A program made the position numbers and the translations under genes. 64,000 nt of DNA from Bdellovibrionota bacterium. Its GTDB lineage: Bacteria > Bdellovibrionota_C > UBA2361 > OMII01. Below are positions 20,441 through 29,286 of this stretch, one piece after another (the stretch's first letter is position 1; each line of letters begins with the position of its first letter). Below the pieces are notes generated by a model that was given only the letters and a program-made list of their open reading frames with translations, was not told the DNA's origin and searched no databases. The stretch spans positions 1-64,000 of the forward strand of contig JBIJBE010000002.1 of assembly GCA_044345405.1 (NCBI GenBank). Direction: 5' to 3'.

Positions 20441-22698
20441 CGACCCGTAAGCCGTCCAACCGCGAAGTACATGCTTCTCTCTCCCTGTTCCGCGGCTCCA
20501 GCTCCGATATAGATCGGAAGGATAGGGGTATCGACACCGAGGAACACCGAGCCAGCCATCACGCCAGTGAGGCTCTCCACCGCAGGGCTAGGATTCGTGA
20601 AGGTTCCGTACTCAAGTGTCCCTCCCGCGAAGAAACCCATGCCGAGGAGGGCGCTTCCGACCTCACTAAACCGGCGGTAATAGTTGAGCCGCGCAATCCC
20701 CCAGTCACTCGCCAGGATAGAGTTCTGTGTGTATCCAGAGAAGTTGAAGAATCCACCCCATGCGAGGGAGCGATAGACGGGGGCCTCCCCTCCGAAGGTG
20801 CGACCGAAATCTCCACCAACAAGAAGTGTATCGCGGCCTCTCGTGAATGGCTGAGAAGCGGATATGGCGGCACGATTAAAGTCGTCGCTCGCTCCGAGGC
20901 TCTCGCTCGAGTTGAAATAGGAGGACCTGATAACCGTCCCGGTCGTTGGGAAGTCAGGATTATCTACCGAATCGATGTTAATGCTGAACGCTGCTTCGCC
21001 GATTTGATAGTTTTCATCGGGAAGGTCTGGATCTCCGATGTGCCGCTCGATATCAGCGTCCGCTACGCGGTATTCCGCGAGCACCTCGCCGATATGGCCA
21101 AGTTGACGTCCTACACCGAAGCCAACGAGGGCTTGGGAACGTTGATATTCTGCGACGATCTCGTTGTTCACCATCGGATACACAGTTTGGCGAGAGAGGT
21201 CGAACCGTGGCGATACGAAGTAGTCGCTGCCATCATAGATAGGCTGGTAGAACTCTCCCGATAACTTTGGAGAGAAGCCGATATTGACCTCTCCTTGAGC
21301 CCAGCCACCCTGCGAGGTGAGGTCGTTCACACGGTAGGCTCCTCCCATCGTGAGGTTTGTCTCTCCCTTGAAGTCGTCCTGCAACGCCGCTCCAAAGCGG
21401 AAGTAGTCGTCAAGCCACTCCTTACGCTTCGCGTCAATCACGATACCGGTCTTCCCTTCCTTTTCCACCACATCGTACCGGACGGACACATAGTCGCCGG
21501 TGTTGTAGATCTCCTCGACCTTTTCATCGAGAAGTTTGCGATCCAAGGGTTGCCCCTCGGGAATATTCGCCATCTTCGTGAGAGATTCCTCCGCCCCGCG
21601 TTTGTCGGTCTTTACGGTAAGGAACTCGATGACAGGCTGTCCGGCAGTAGCCTCACGCTGCCGTTTATACGCGTCGTACTCCTTCTCAGAGACTGATAGT
21701 TTCTTCAGCTCAGGGATCGCTTTACGAGCTGCTTCCTCTCCGAGCGCGATGAGCTCTTTCGCCTTGCCGAAATCGACGGCTGAATACCCCTTAAGGTTCG
21801 GTTCGATTAGGATATCCTTGCGAGTGAGGGTCTTCTTCTGGAGCGCGGAATTTTGCGCGAGGAGTAGCGAGATGATCTGCCCTGCGGTGCTGAGAGGGTT
21901 CTGCAAATCCTCCTTTTTCTTGAGGTCCGCGTTTAGCTCCACAACGATGAGGCGGTCCGCTCCCATGTCGCGTACTACGTCCATCGGAAGGTTGTTAACG
22001 ACGCCACCATCGACGAGGAGGCGCCCATCCATCTCTACCGGTGCGAATACACCCGGCACGGACATACTCGCTCGCACGGCGGTTGGAAGGTCTCCTCGCG
22101 ACACGACTACGGCCTCTCCAGTCTCGATGTTTGCGGCGACAACTCGAAGGGGGATGCGGAACTTGTTGAAGTCGGCGGGGGCAGGTGGCGCGTTGGTATA
22201 GAGGCGTTGAAGAACGGGAAGGAGGCGTTGACCCTGAACAACACCGAACGGCGTAAGGAGCTTTCCGTCCTCTACGGAGAGTTTCGTATCGCCGTATATC
22301 TCTCGGTTGCGACCTGATTTGGTTCGATACGGAAGCTCTTGACGATCCACTCCGTCGGAGAAGATCTCGTCCCAATTTGATTCTTCGAGAACTTTCTCCA
22401 TCTCCGGGACGGTCTGTCCCGTCGCGTACGCGGCGCCAACGATAGACCCCATACTAGTTCCGGCGACGAACGCCACCGGCACTCGATTTTCCTCAAGCAC
22501 TTTGAGAACCCCCACGTGGGCCATACCGAGCGCTCCGCCACCCGCCAACACGAGACCGATGCGCTCACCTCGACGAATCGTTGACGGAGGTTGCGGTTTT
22601 GTGGCGGATTCCTGCGCGTGAGCCAGCGATGTGACCGCGATGAGCGCGCACAGCACCGCAGAGAAAAATGGCTTTGACGAGAGGTGTGTCGATTTCAT
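20437..22698 (-). CDS. Patatin-like phospholipase + POTRA + Omp85-type barrel (PlpD/type Vd-like)
   Basis: Signal peptide (AHA), GGGALG, GTSMG, LVDGG, and a C-terminal beta-strand barrel ending LGVDTPILPIYIG...YFAVG. Confidence 0.92.
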   Translation of the reverse strand: MKSTHLSSKPFFSAVLCALIAVTSLAHAQESATKPQPPSTIRRGERIGLVLAGGGALGMAHVGVLKVLEENRVPVAFVAGTSMGSIVGAAYATGQTVPEMEKVLEESNWDEIFSDGVDRQELPYRTKSGRNREIYGDTKLSVEDGKLLTPFGVVQGQRLLPVLQRLYTNAPPAPADFNKFRIPLRVVAANIETGEAVVVSRGDLPTAVRASMSVPGVFAPVEMDGRLLVDGGVVNNLPMDVVRDMGADRLIVVELNADLKKKEDLQNPLSTAGQIISLLLAQNSALQKKTLTRKDILIEPNLKGYSAVDFGKAKELIALGEEAARKAIPELKKLSVSEKEYDAYKRQREATAGQPVIEFLTVKTDKRGAEESLTKMANIPEGQPLDRKLLDEKVEEIYNTGDYVSVRYDVVEKEGKTGIVIDAKRKEWLDDYFRFGAALQDDFKGETNLTMGGAYRVNDLTSQGGWAQGEVNIGFSPKLSGEFYQPIYDGSDYFVSPRFDLSRQTVYPMVNNEIVAEYQRSQALVGFGVGRQLGHIGEVLAEYRVADADIERHIGDPDLPDENYQIGEAAFSINIDSVDNPDFPTTGTVIRSSYFNSSESLGASDDFNRAAISASQPFTRGRDTLLVGGDFGRTFGGEAPVYRSLAWGGFFNFSGYTQNSILASDWGIARLNYYRRFSEVGSALLGMGFFAGGTLEYGTFTNPSPAVESLTGVMAGSVFLGVDTPILPIYIGAGAAEQGERSMYFAVGRLTGR

Positions 22699-22847
22699 AG
22701 GAAGAGCCTCGTTCGCGAAATGTGACCACGCTCATGCTCTGATCGTGGTAAGGGGCACCGTCGAGGGCTAAAGCTAATACTTAAGGCTGCTATCTGACAA
22801 CCCGTTTTGGTTTGGCAACTAATGTTATAAAAACACGCGGAAAGGGG

Positions 22848-23318
22848 TTAACTATAGCGTTCTTGGTAGGGCCCGGTGCTCTCGGCCTGATGCTGCAGGA
22901 TCGTGGATTGGCTTTCGGAAAGCTCTTTACTTAATGCTGGCATAACCGTTCGTGTTGCCGCTGCGAGGGCTGACGTGACTGCGAGCCAGTATTGCGGGTG
23001 CTCCGGAACGATCTGCGAGCTGAGCTGCGTCGTTACAAGGGTCGCTAGATCTCGAGCCAGCTCCTCGGGGACTCTGCGCAAAGGCGCGCTGTCGCTCTTC
23101 ATCTCTTGCAGTATCTCGGTGTAGAGCGAGACGTTTAAACCTTGGTCGGTCCTGTCGGAAAGAAGAGCCTTCGTTAGGCCTGTGACCCGCTCACAGAAGC
23201 CCAATAGAGCGTCACATGTATCAGCGTGGGATACGCTCAGGTCAGGGCGGGACGGCAGGACGAGCGTGTCTGTGGCGGTTCGAGGGGATGGATGTTGGGA
23301 GGACTCAACTTTTTTCAT
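22848..23318 (-). CDS. Hypothetical helical protein
   Basis: 156-aa ORF filling the gap and co-oriented with its neighbours. No motif recognised. Confidence 0.55.
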   Translation of the reverse strand: MKKVESSQHPSPRTATDTLVLPSRPDLSVSHADTCDALLGFCERVTGLTKALLSDRTDQGLNVSLYTEILQEMKSDSAPLRRVPEELARDLATLVTTQLSSQIVPEHPQYWLAVTSALAAATRTVMPALSKELSESQSTILQHQAESTGPYQERYS

Positions 23319-23524
23319 ACGTTCATGCCATGCAACACTCCCTTCCCGTTCGGCAGCCGCCCAGCTCGGAAAAGGAGAGGAAAGGAGAAGGGTACACCCT
23401 CCTGTGGGGCTAGGTCGAGTGTCACGCGATCGCGCCTTGTCTCAATCTCGCTCGTTTAGTTCGAAATAGATCGGTCTTAAAGAAAAGAGCGCGGCAGTTT
23501 GCCGCCTAGCAGGGGGCTACGACG

Positions 23525-24943
23525 CTATTTGAGATGGAGGACGTCGCAGAGCGCCTTCTTAAGAATATTGTACGTGCCGAGCGTTTTCCCCTCTGGTTCC
23601 TCGTGGGTGTGCTTCGGGGTTTCGAGGTACAGAACGCCGACCTTTCGCTGCTCGCCGAGCGCGCTGTAGATCCCTTCGAGTGGGATGGGTTTAGCGTCGT
23701 CTTTTATATCGAAGAGGGTTTCGTGGGTCCCGAGCGCGGCCACGGCGAGGTCAGCCGGATCGAGCGTAACGTTGCTGATAGCGCGGAGACTCACCTGTCC
23801 AATTATGGTTCGGGGTTTGAGGCTTGCCGTACTAGGGTCGATAACGAAGACGCATCCCCCAGTAAAGCCAGCATCTGGGATGATCGATTTCAGTAGGATT
23901 TGAATGGCGTTTTTGTTCACCGCGTACCCATCGATCTCATTATAAAGCGATCGAAGAGCCTCCTGTACGTGTGGCGGACACACGCGGAAGTCTTGGTCGG
24001 CGATCACCGCCTTCATGCGCTCGTGAACATCGATGTTCCGTTTCGGATTGAAGTTCTCAAGGCTATTGAACACCTCTGGTAACGCCTCTTGATATTTTTT
24101 CGATTGCTCAACCGCGCGCTCCTTGATGAGTTCAAGGGCTCCAGTTCCGGCGTTCTCGGTGAGATATTGATTAGCTTTCTGCCAATCGTTTTGCGCCGAG
24201 GGGTAGGTCTCTGGGTTCTCAGCGCGGGCGAGTGCCTCGCCTACCTCGCAGAGTTCGTCGTAGGCAGCCCAGGTGGTATCGTCGATCGCCGGGACATTGC
24301 CTTCAGGTTGGTTCGGATTTTCAGGACGAAGAACTCGCATCGCGAGAAGGGAGGGTGTGAATCCGAGCTCCTTCGAGAGCTCCTCGTCGAGTGTCGACTC
24401 GGGCTTAAGATTGTTAAGGACCTTCGAGTAGAGGGTCGGATAGTTCCAGGCGATAAGGTTAAGACCGATCTCGCGAATGACGCCGCGTGAGAATCCTATC
24501 TCGGGGTCGAGATCCCTCTTTTCGCTCAACACAGCCGCGGTTGAAGCGATGACAGCGGTCTCTCTCAGTCGCGCGACCTGAAACGGCTCGCTCCAGTGGA
24601 GGGAATGCGTCGTGGGAAGTTTTTTGTCAGGCGCTATAATCTCCTTAATTCGATCGCATCCGCCCCATCGAATCAATTCGACCGGATTGTTAAGGATCTT
24701 CGAATCGATCTGCTCCTGCATGCCGAGAATGCCGAGCTCCTTCACGACAAAAGTGAAGAGGGCGAAATCGCCTTTGAGTTCGTTCAGAAGTTGTTGGGGA
24801 TCGCTCGCGTAGGATCCGTCGTCCAGGTTCTTACGGATCGACGTCAAGACGTCTTGATTAATAGGGAACCAAGGGCGTACCACGTGCTGCAACGCACGGT
24901 CGATGCGTCTATTGTCTGATCCGTCGCTTTTGAAACCGCTCAT
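23525..24943 (-). CDS. HDOD-domain protein with GAF-like C-terminus
   Basis: ELKGDFALFTFVVK, NPVELIRWGG, FSRGVIREIG, EELSKELGFTP follow the HDOD pattern. C-terminal GGCVFVID...VGVLYLE is GAF-like. SD GGGAG. Confidence 0.75.
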   Translation of the reverse strand: MSGFKSDGSDNRRIDRALQHVVRPWFPINQDVLTSIRKNLDDGSYASDPQQLLNELKGDFALFTFVVKELGILGMQEQIDSKILNNPVELIRWGGCDRIKEIIAPDKKLPTTHSLHWSEPFQVARLRETAVIASTAAVLSEKRDLDPEIGFSRGVIREIGLNLIAWNYPTLYSKVLNNLKPESTLDEELSKELGFTPSLLAMRVLRPENPNQPEGNVPAIDDTTWAAYDELCEVGEALARAENPETYPSAQNDWQKANQYLTENAGTGALELIKERAVEQSKKYQEALPEVFNSLENFNPKRNIDVHERMKAVIADQDFRVCPPHVQEALRSLYNEIDGYAVNKNAIQILLKSIIPDAGFTGGCVFVIDPSTASLKPRTIIGQVSLRAISNVTLDPADLAVAALGTHETLFDIKDDAKPIPLEGIYSALGEQRKVGVLYLETPKHTHEEPEGKTLGTYNILKKALCDVLHLK

Positions 24944-25073
24944 GACTCAACACTCCCTTGTTTAGACCCTGCGGTCCTTTCCCGAACGTTAGTAGCTCAG
25001 GGGCGCATCCGCTCTGAGTTGATGGCCTGAGGCGCTCACGCCCCGTGCGTTGGGCACATCTTCTCGTTAGGAT

Positions 25074-25100
25074 CTATCGCCACTTGGCTCGGAAATCTTA
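25074..25100 (-). promoter_or_regulatory. Putative sigma28 (FliA) promoter of the HDOD gene
   Basis: TAAGATTT-N11-GGCGATAG against consensus TAAAGTTT-N11-GCCGATAA. Confidence 0.6.
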
Positions 25101-25228
25101 AGTCCTGTGATCTAAAAATATTTGAAGAGGTTAGCGGATGTCAGATTCGATCTATCAGGGGGTTACAGCTGCACTCGGGTCCTACTTTCCCCTAGTGCCC
25201 CGGGCGCCGCGATCGTAAGATCCCTCCC

Positions 25229-25447
25229 ATGATTGATGATGACGCAGACGAACCGCAGCCGAGGGATCGCTCCGCGGTTGCTACCAATATCGATAACCTC
25301 AAGGCCACGGTGAAGCGCCTCTCCGAGGAGCGTGAGGTCTTGCCGCAACCACTCTTCTGGTCGCTCTTTCACACCAGACTCGCCTCGATTAAGAAGCAAA
25401 AGGAGATCGAGCGTGTTGTTGGTGAGGCGCTTGGTGAGATCGAGTAG
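25229..25447 (+). CDS. Small hypothetical protein (72 aa)
   Basis: Acidic/helical ORF whose stop directly abuts the stop of the convergent muramidase gene. No clear SD. Confidence 0.5.
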   Translation: MIDDDADEPQPRDRSAVATNIDNLKATVKRLSEEREVLPQPLFWSLFHTRLASIKKQKEIERVVGEALGEIE

Positions 25448-26170
25448 TTATCCGACCTTCCAGTAGCGTGGCCTTTCAGCTTGGATGTTGGCTCGAGCGC
25501 GGACACGTTCGGCGGGAACTTTCCGGGCCGCCCAATAGGCTGTGTCGTTTATCGCCGCCCGTAGTCCCTCATCGTCACCAGAGACAATAAGCGGTTGAAT
25601 CACCTTTCGTGTTTCGGGTGTGTAATCTCCCCGAAATCTCAGATCGAATAAGACCTCCTGCGCGTATGACGAGAGGGTCTCCCAAGTAACGTTACCGTAC
25701 GTTGATCGTACATCGGGCTTCGCGAGAATTCGACGGATGTCAGCGATCGTCTCAGGAGTTGTTATCTTCTCAAAGAGCTTTCGTTGAGCGGAGATCGAGA
25801 GTATCGGTGATTCGATCGTCTTAGCCTTTACAAATTTCGCGGCTCTCTCCCCACGCAAGCCGGCCGCGTCTCCAAAGAAGGTCGCCTCTTCGGCGCTCAT
25901 CCCCGCGTGTCGAAGCTCGGAGATAATCTGCAACCGGGTGCGCTGACCCATGTCGTATCCGCGCCCGAGGGTTACACCGCTCGCTCCGCCGGGCCAGTGC
26001 ATCACCCGCGAGAAGTACTGACCACGAGCCTCGCGGCCCTCGGCGTCAAAGGTGCTCTGACCGAACGACACCTGGAGGTCAGGATGTTTCGGTTGGAGAG
26101 AGGTGTATGGCATGAGCGTTGCCGGCCTGACGTCACGATTAGGAATGAAGTAAAGGTTTGATGGTCGCAT
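25448..26170 (-). CDS. Pesticin C-terminal-like muramidase (lysozyme fold)
   Basis: GQSTFDAEG...SRVMHWPGGASGVTLGRGYDMG...AAGLRGERA...LFDLRFRGDYT matches the pesticin-like lysozyme pattern seen in secreted effectors. SD GGAG. Confidence 0.87.
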   Translation of the reverse strand: MRPSNLYFIPNRDVRPATLMPYTSLQPKHPDLQVSFGQSTFDAEGREARGQYFSRVMHWPGGASGVTLGRGYDMGQRTRLQIISELRHAGMSAEEATFFGDAAGLRGERAAKFVKAKTIESPILSISAQRKLFEKITTPETIADIRRILAKPDVRSTYGNVTWETLSSYAQEVLFDLRFRGDYTPETRKVIQPLIVSGDDEGLRAAINDTAYWAARKVPAERVRARANIQAERPRYWKVG

Positions 26171-26202
26171 GTGCGTATCTCCAAACGAGAGTGTTTACTG
26201 CT

Positions 26203-26229
26203 GTATCGGAGATGGTGGAGAGAAGTTGC
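26203..26229 (-). promoter_or_regulatory. Putative sigma28 promoter of the muramidase gene
   Basis: GCAACTTC-N11-TCCGATAC, about 33 bp before the ATG. The -35 overlaps the palindrome TTGCTCG-TG-CGAGCAA. Confidence 0.5.
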
Positions 26230-26250
26230 TCGTGCGAGCAAAAAAAGTGC

Positions 26251-29200
26251 TTAACGAGGACGGCGTGAAATAATTCGCTTCATGATAGCGATGGTAAACA
26301 GGAGGCAGATAGCTATCGAAGGCGCCCATCGATAGGGATAGAGGGGACCGTGGGAGGCGGGAAGAGCGCTACTGGCGAGAGATGACCACTTCCTGAGCTG
26401 CTCCGAGCGGACGATATGGTCGCTTCCCCATGCCCCGTCCGGCGAGAGCTTGAGCGCCTCATCCTCCGAAAGGGGGATGGTTGGCGGTTGTGTATCGGGA
26501 TGGTGCCGAGCGAAGGCGACCAGCCGGTCGTGAACCTCAACGATAAATGAACTATAGAGGTCGTTTACGAGGTTCCATCGTTTAGCGGCTTTGCTCGCGT
26601 CGAAGGGGAGAACGTTCGAGAAGGTAAAGGGACTACCGGGGACAACGGTTGCGGGGGAGCCGGTGTTGTACAGCTCAGGGAGGACGGGAAGTTTTCCGAT
26701 CTCAAACTCGTGAGGACCGCCCGGAGTGCCCCGTTTGTAGTACCATAACTTTTGCCCCTCTGCTGACAGGACGAATTCGATAAAACGTTTTCCGAGGTCG
26801 GGGTGTGGAGCGCCTGACACGAGAGCGATGCAGTCCCCAGTTATGGCAGCGTAGTCGGAAGGGATAACAAATCGGACTCGCTCGGAGCCAACCTGACGAA
26901 TCACATCGCCCGCGTAGGTGTCGATCGCGATCCCTACCACCATCTCGCCGGTGGCCACATCTTTTCCAACTTGGCTGGCGTGATTGCTGATCGTTCGGGC
27001 GTTCGCTGCCATTCGGGAGAGAAGCTTCCAGCCCTCATCCCACCCATACCCCTGAAGGATAACCTCAAACATGGCGTGCATACTCCCGCTCTTGGCAGGG
27101 TCGGCGAGTCCGACGAGGTCTCCATATGCCGGAAGTCCGAGGTCTCGCCACGCGATTGGGTGGGGGATGTGGAGGCGGTCGGCCGCTACGGTATTGATGA
27201 TGATCCCAAAAATACTTATCGCCGCGGTGTACCACTCTCTTTGCGGACTGTAGAGGGGCACTCCAGCTACCGTTGGTGGTATGTGGGTCAGAATATCGGG
27301 GGAGATCGCAGCCGGTTGAAGAACACCCGCTCGGGAGAGCTCCATCATAACGTCAATACCGCCACCGAAGACGACATCGACCCCCAGATTGCGGGGATCC
27401 GTCTTGTAGTGGGTCTTGAGGAATTTAACGATATCAGAGGTGCCTCCGATATCGAGCCACCGAACGGAGACCGTTCTTCCCGTTTGAGCGTGATACGAGG
27501 CAGCGAAGCCACGCGCGAACTCCTCTTTGATACCCTCCCAGTGTGGACTTACCGCGATAATCTCGTCGTCGGCGGCATACGCGCTGGACGGAACCACAAA
27601 AGCGAGGGCAAGGAGCGCGGCGATCGCCCCTCTTCGGTCAGCTCGGGTCGCGATCCATTCAGCGCCGTAGAACGCCGCGAACATAACAAGCATAACCACG
27701 GTGCCAAGCGCGGATGCCAGCTCAACCCCGTCCGGTCGTCCCATTAAGGTGTAGATCGCTTTGCTCACTGGGTAAAACCGAACCTCCATGGCGAGTAGGA
27801 TGCTGTCGCTTACCTCGATCATCGAGTACGCGAAGGTAAGGATCGCTCCTACGGTGATGTGCCGTGAGACTAAGGGAAGGATAATCCGGCGAGCTGTAAC
27901 TGATGGCGTAGCTCCCAGGACGATCGCCGCCTCCTCAAGCGCGACGCTCGCCTCTTGGAGGCCAGCGTGCGCCGAGCGGACCATCGCCGGAAGTCTTCGG
28001 ACCGAGTAAGCGGCGAGCAGGAGGGGAAAGGGATTAATTCGATTGTCGAGAATTGTGCCTGAGAACGCTCCGATGTAACCGAAAGCGAATACGATCCCAG
28101 GCACGGCGAGTGGGATGAGCGAGAGCACTTCGATCGAGACGCTCATCGTTCCTCTTACCCGCGCGATGATGTAGGCGGCCTGAAAACCGATTACCATCGT
28201 GATGAGACTCGCCACCACGCTGAGCCACACGCTGGTGAGGAGGCTATGCGCGGTCATCGGGTGGGTAATGACCCCATGGAAGTGCGCGAGGGTCCATTCC
28301 GAAGGGAGTATCGTGAGGAACCACGTTTTCGCGCACGCGATGATGACTACGGAGAGCTGGGGCACGCAGGCTAGGAGAGCATACAGTGTGATCAGAGAGG
28401 TCGTGCACCACGTTGTGAGGCGGGCGGCGCGCCCAAGGAGACGCCCCTGTCGAGTGCGTCCGGAACCGGCGTAGCTCCCCGCAGCCATGGCGGAACGAGA
28501 GAGGAGGAAGAGCCCAAGTGAGAGGATGCAGGTCACTACGACAAATGAGTAACCGACCGGATTTTCGTTAAGGTCGGACAGCATGTTGTAGATCTGAACA
28601 GGTACCACCCCGCGATAGTCAAAGATAAGCGGAGTGCCGAGATCTGTGAAGCTCGCGATGAACACGAGGCTCGCCCCCGCGAACCAACCGGGTACCGAAA
28701 GGGGTATCACCACCCGCCGAAGGACCTGCCACCGTGTCGCGCCGAATACCCGAGCGGCCTCCTCAAGTGAAACATGCGCGTTTCGGAGGGAGGCGCTGAT
28801 ACTGAGGTAGAGGATCGGTACGAGATGAACGGTTTGCAGGAGGATGATACCAAATACCCCGCCGCCACCGAGCCACCTGACCGGTTCTGAGATAACCCCC
28901 ATGTCCATCAACGCGGTGTTTACCGAGCCGAAGCGACTAAATATCTGCCGAATTCCGAGCGCGCCGACAAAGGGTGGCGATATGAGCGGCAAAAGGATAA
29001 GCGAGTGGATGAAGCTCTGAGCTGGAAGGGCGTGGCGCGACATCATGAGCGCGAGGGGGTACGCCACAGCCGAGGAGATCACCGTGACAGCGATCGCGAT
29101 ATTCAGTGAGTTGCATAAGACATCTCGGTAGTACTCCGAGGAGAGCATGATGCTGAAGAAATGGAGCGATGGGGTACCGTGAACGATAAAAGCTCTAAGG

Positions 29201-29280
29201 AGAACGTGAGCGAGGGGATAGATCATCGCGAGCGTAAAGAACGCGAGGATGATGATCATCTGTGCCCGACGTCCACCCAT
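26251..29280 (-). CDS. Fe(III)/thiamine-type ABC permease (FbpB-like, duplicated TMD) fused to a substrate-binding protein
   Basis: Two EAA loops (LEEAARVFGA, LEEAAIVLGA), then an SBP domain (VSPHWEGI, DVVFGGG, ADPAKSGS, AKRFIEFVLS-like GKRFIEFVLSAEGQ) and a C-terminal TM segment. Confidence 0.9.
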   Translation of the reverse strand: MGGRRAQMIIILAFFTLAMIYPLAHVLLRAFIVHGTPSLHFFSIMLSSEYYRDVLCNSLNIAIAVTVISSAVAYPLALMMSRHALPAQSFIHSLILLPLISPPFVGALGIRQIFSRFGSVNTALMDMGVISEPVRWLGGGGVFGIILLQTVHLVPILYLSISASLRNAHVSLEEAARVFGATRWQVLRRVVIPLSVPGWFAGASLVFIASFTDLGTPLIFDYRGVVPVQIYNMLSDLNENPVGYSFVVVTCILSLGLFLLSRSAMAAGSYAGSGRTRQGRLLGRAARLTTWCTTSLITLYALLACVPQLSVVIIACAKTWFLTILPSEWTLAHFHGVITHPMTAHSLLTSVWLSVVASLITMVIGFQAAYIIARVRGTMSVSIEVLSLIPLAVPGIVFAFGYIGAFSGTILDNRINPFPLLLAAYSVRRLPAMVRSAHAGLQEASVALEEAAIVLGATPSVTARRIILPLVSRHITVGAILTFAYSMIEVSDSILLAMEVRFYPVSKAIYTLMGRPDGVELASALGTVVMLVMFAAFYGAEWIATRADRRGAIAALLALAFVVPSSAYAADDEIIAVSPHWEGIKEEFARGFAASYHAQTGRTVSVRWLDIGGTSDIVKFLKTHYKTDPRNLGVDVVFGGGIDVMMELSRAGVLQPAAISPDILTHIPPTVAGVPLYSPQREWYTAAISIFGIIINTVAADRLHIPHPIAWRDLGLPAYGDLVGLADPAKSGSMHAMFEVILQGYGWDEGWKLLSRMAANARTISNHASQVGKDVATGEMVVGIAIDTYAGDVIRQVGSERVRFVIPSDYAAITGDCIALVSGAPHPDLGKRFIEFVLSAEGQKLWYYKRGTPGGPHEFEIGKLPVLPELYNTGSPATVVPGSPFTFSNVLPFDASKAAKRWNLVNDLYSSFIVEVHDRLVAFARHHPDTQPPTIPLSEDEALKLSPDGAWGSDHIVRSEQLRKWSSLASSALPASHGPLYPYRWAPSIAICLLFTIAIMKRIISRRPR

Positions 29281-29286
29281 ACGAAC

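Noticed and set aside
24955-24990. c-di-GMP-I (GEMM) riboswitch suggested by GAAAGGACCGCAGGGTCTAAAC on the minus strand
   Set aside because: It lacks the GGCAAA...GAAA stem and the CGCAAAGC junction of the consensus, so the resemblance is only superficial.
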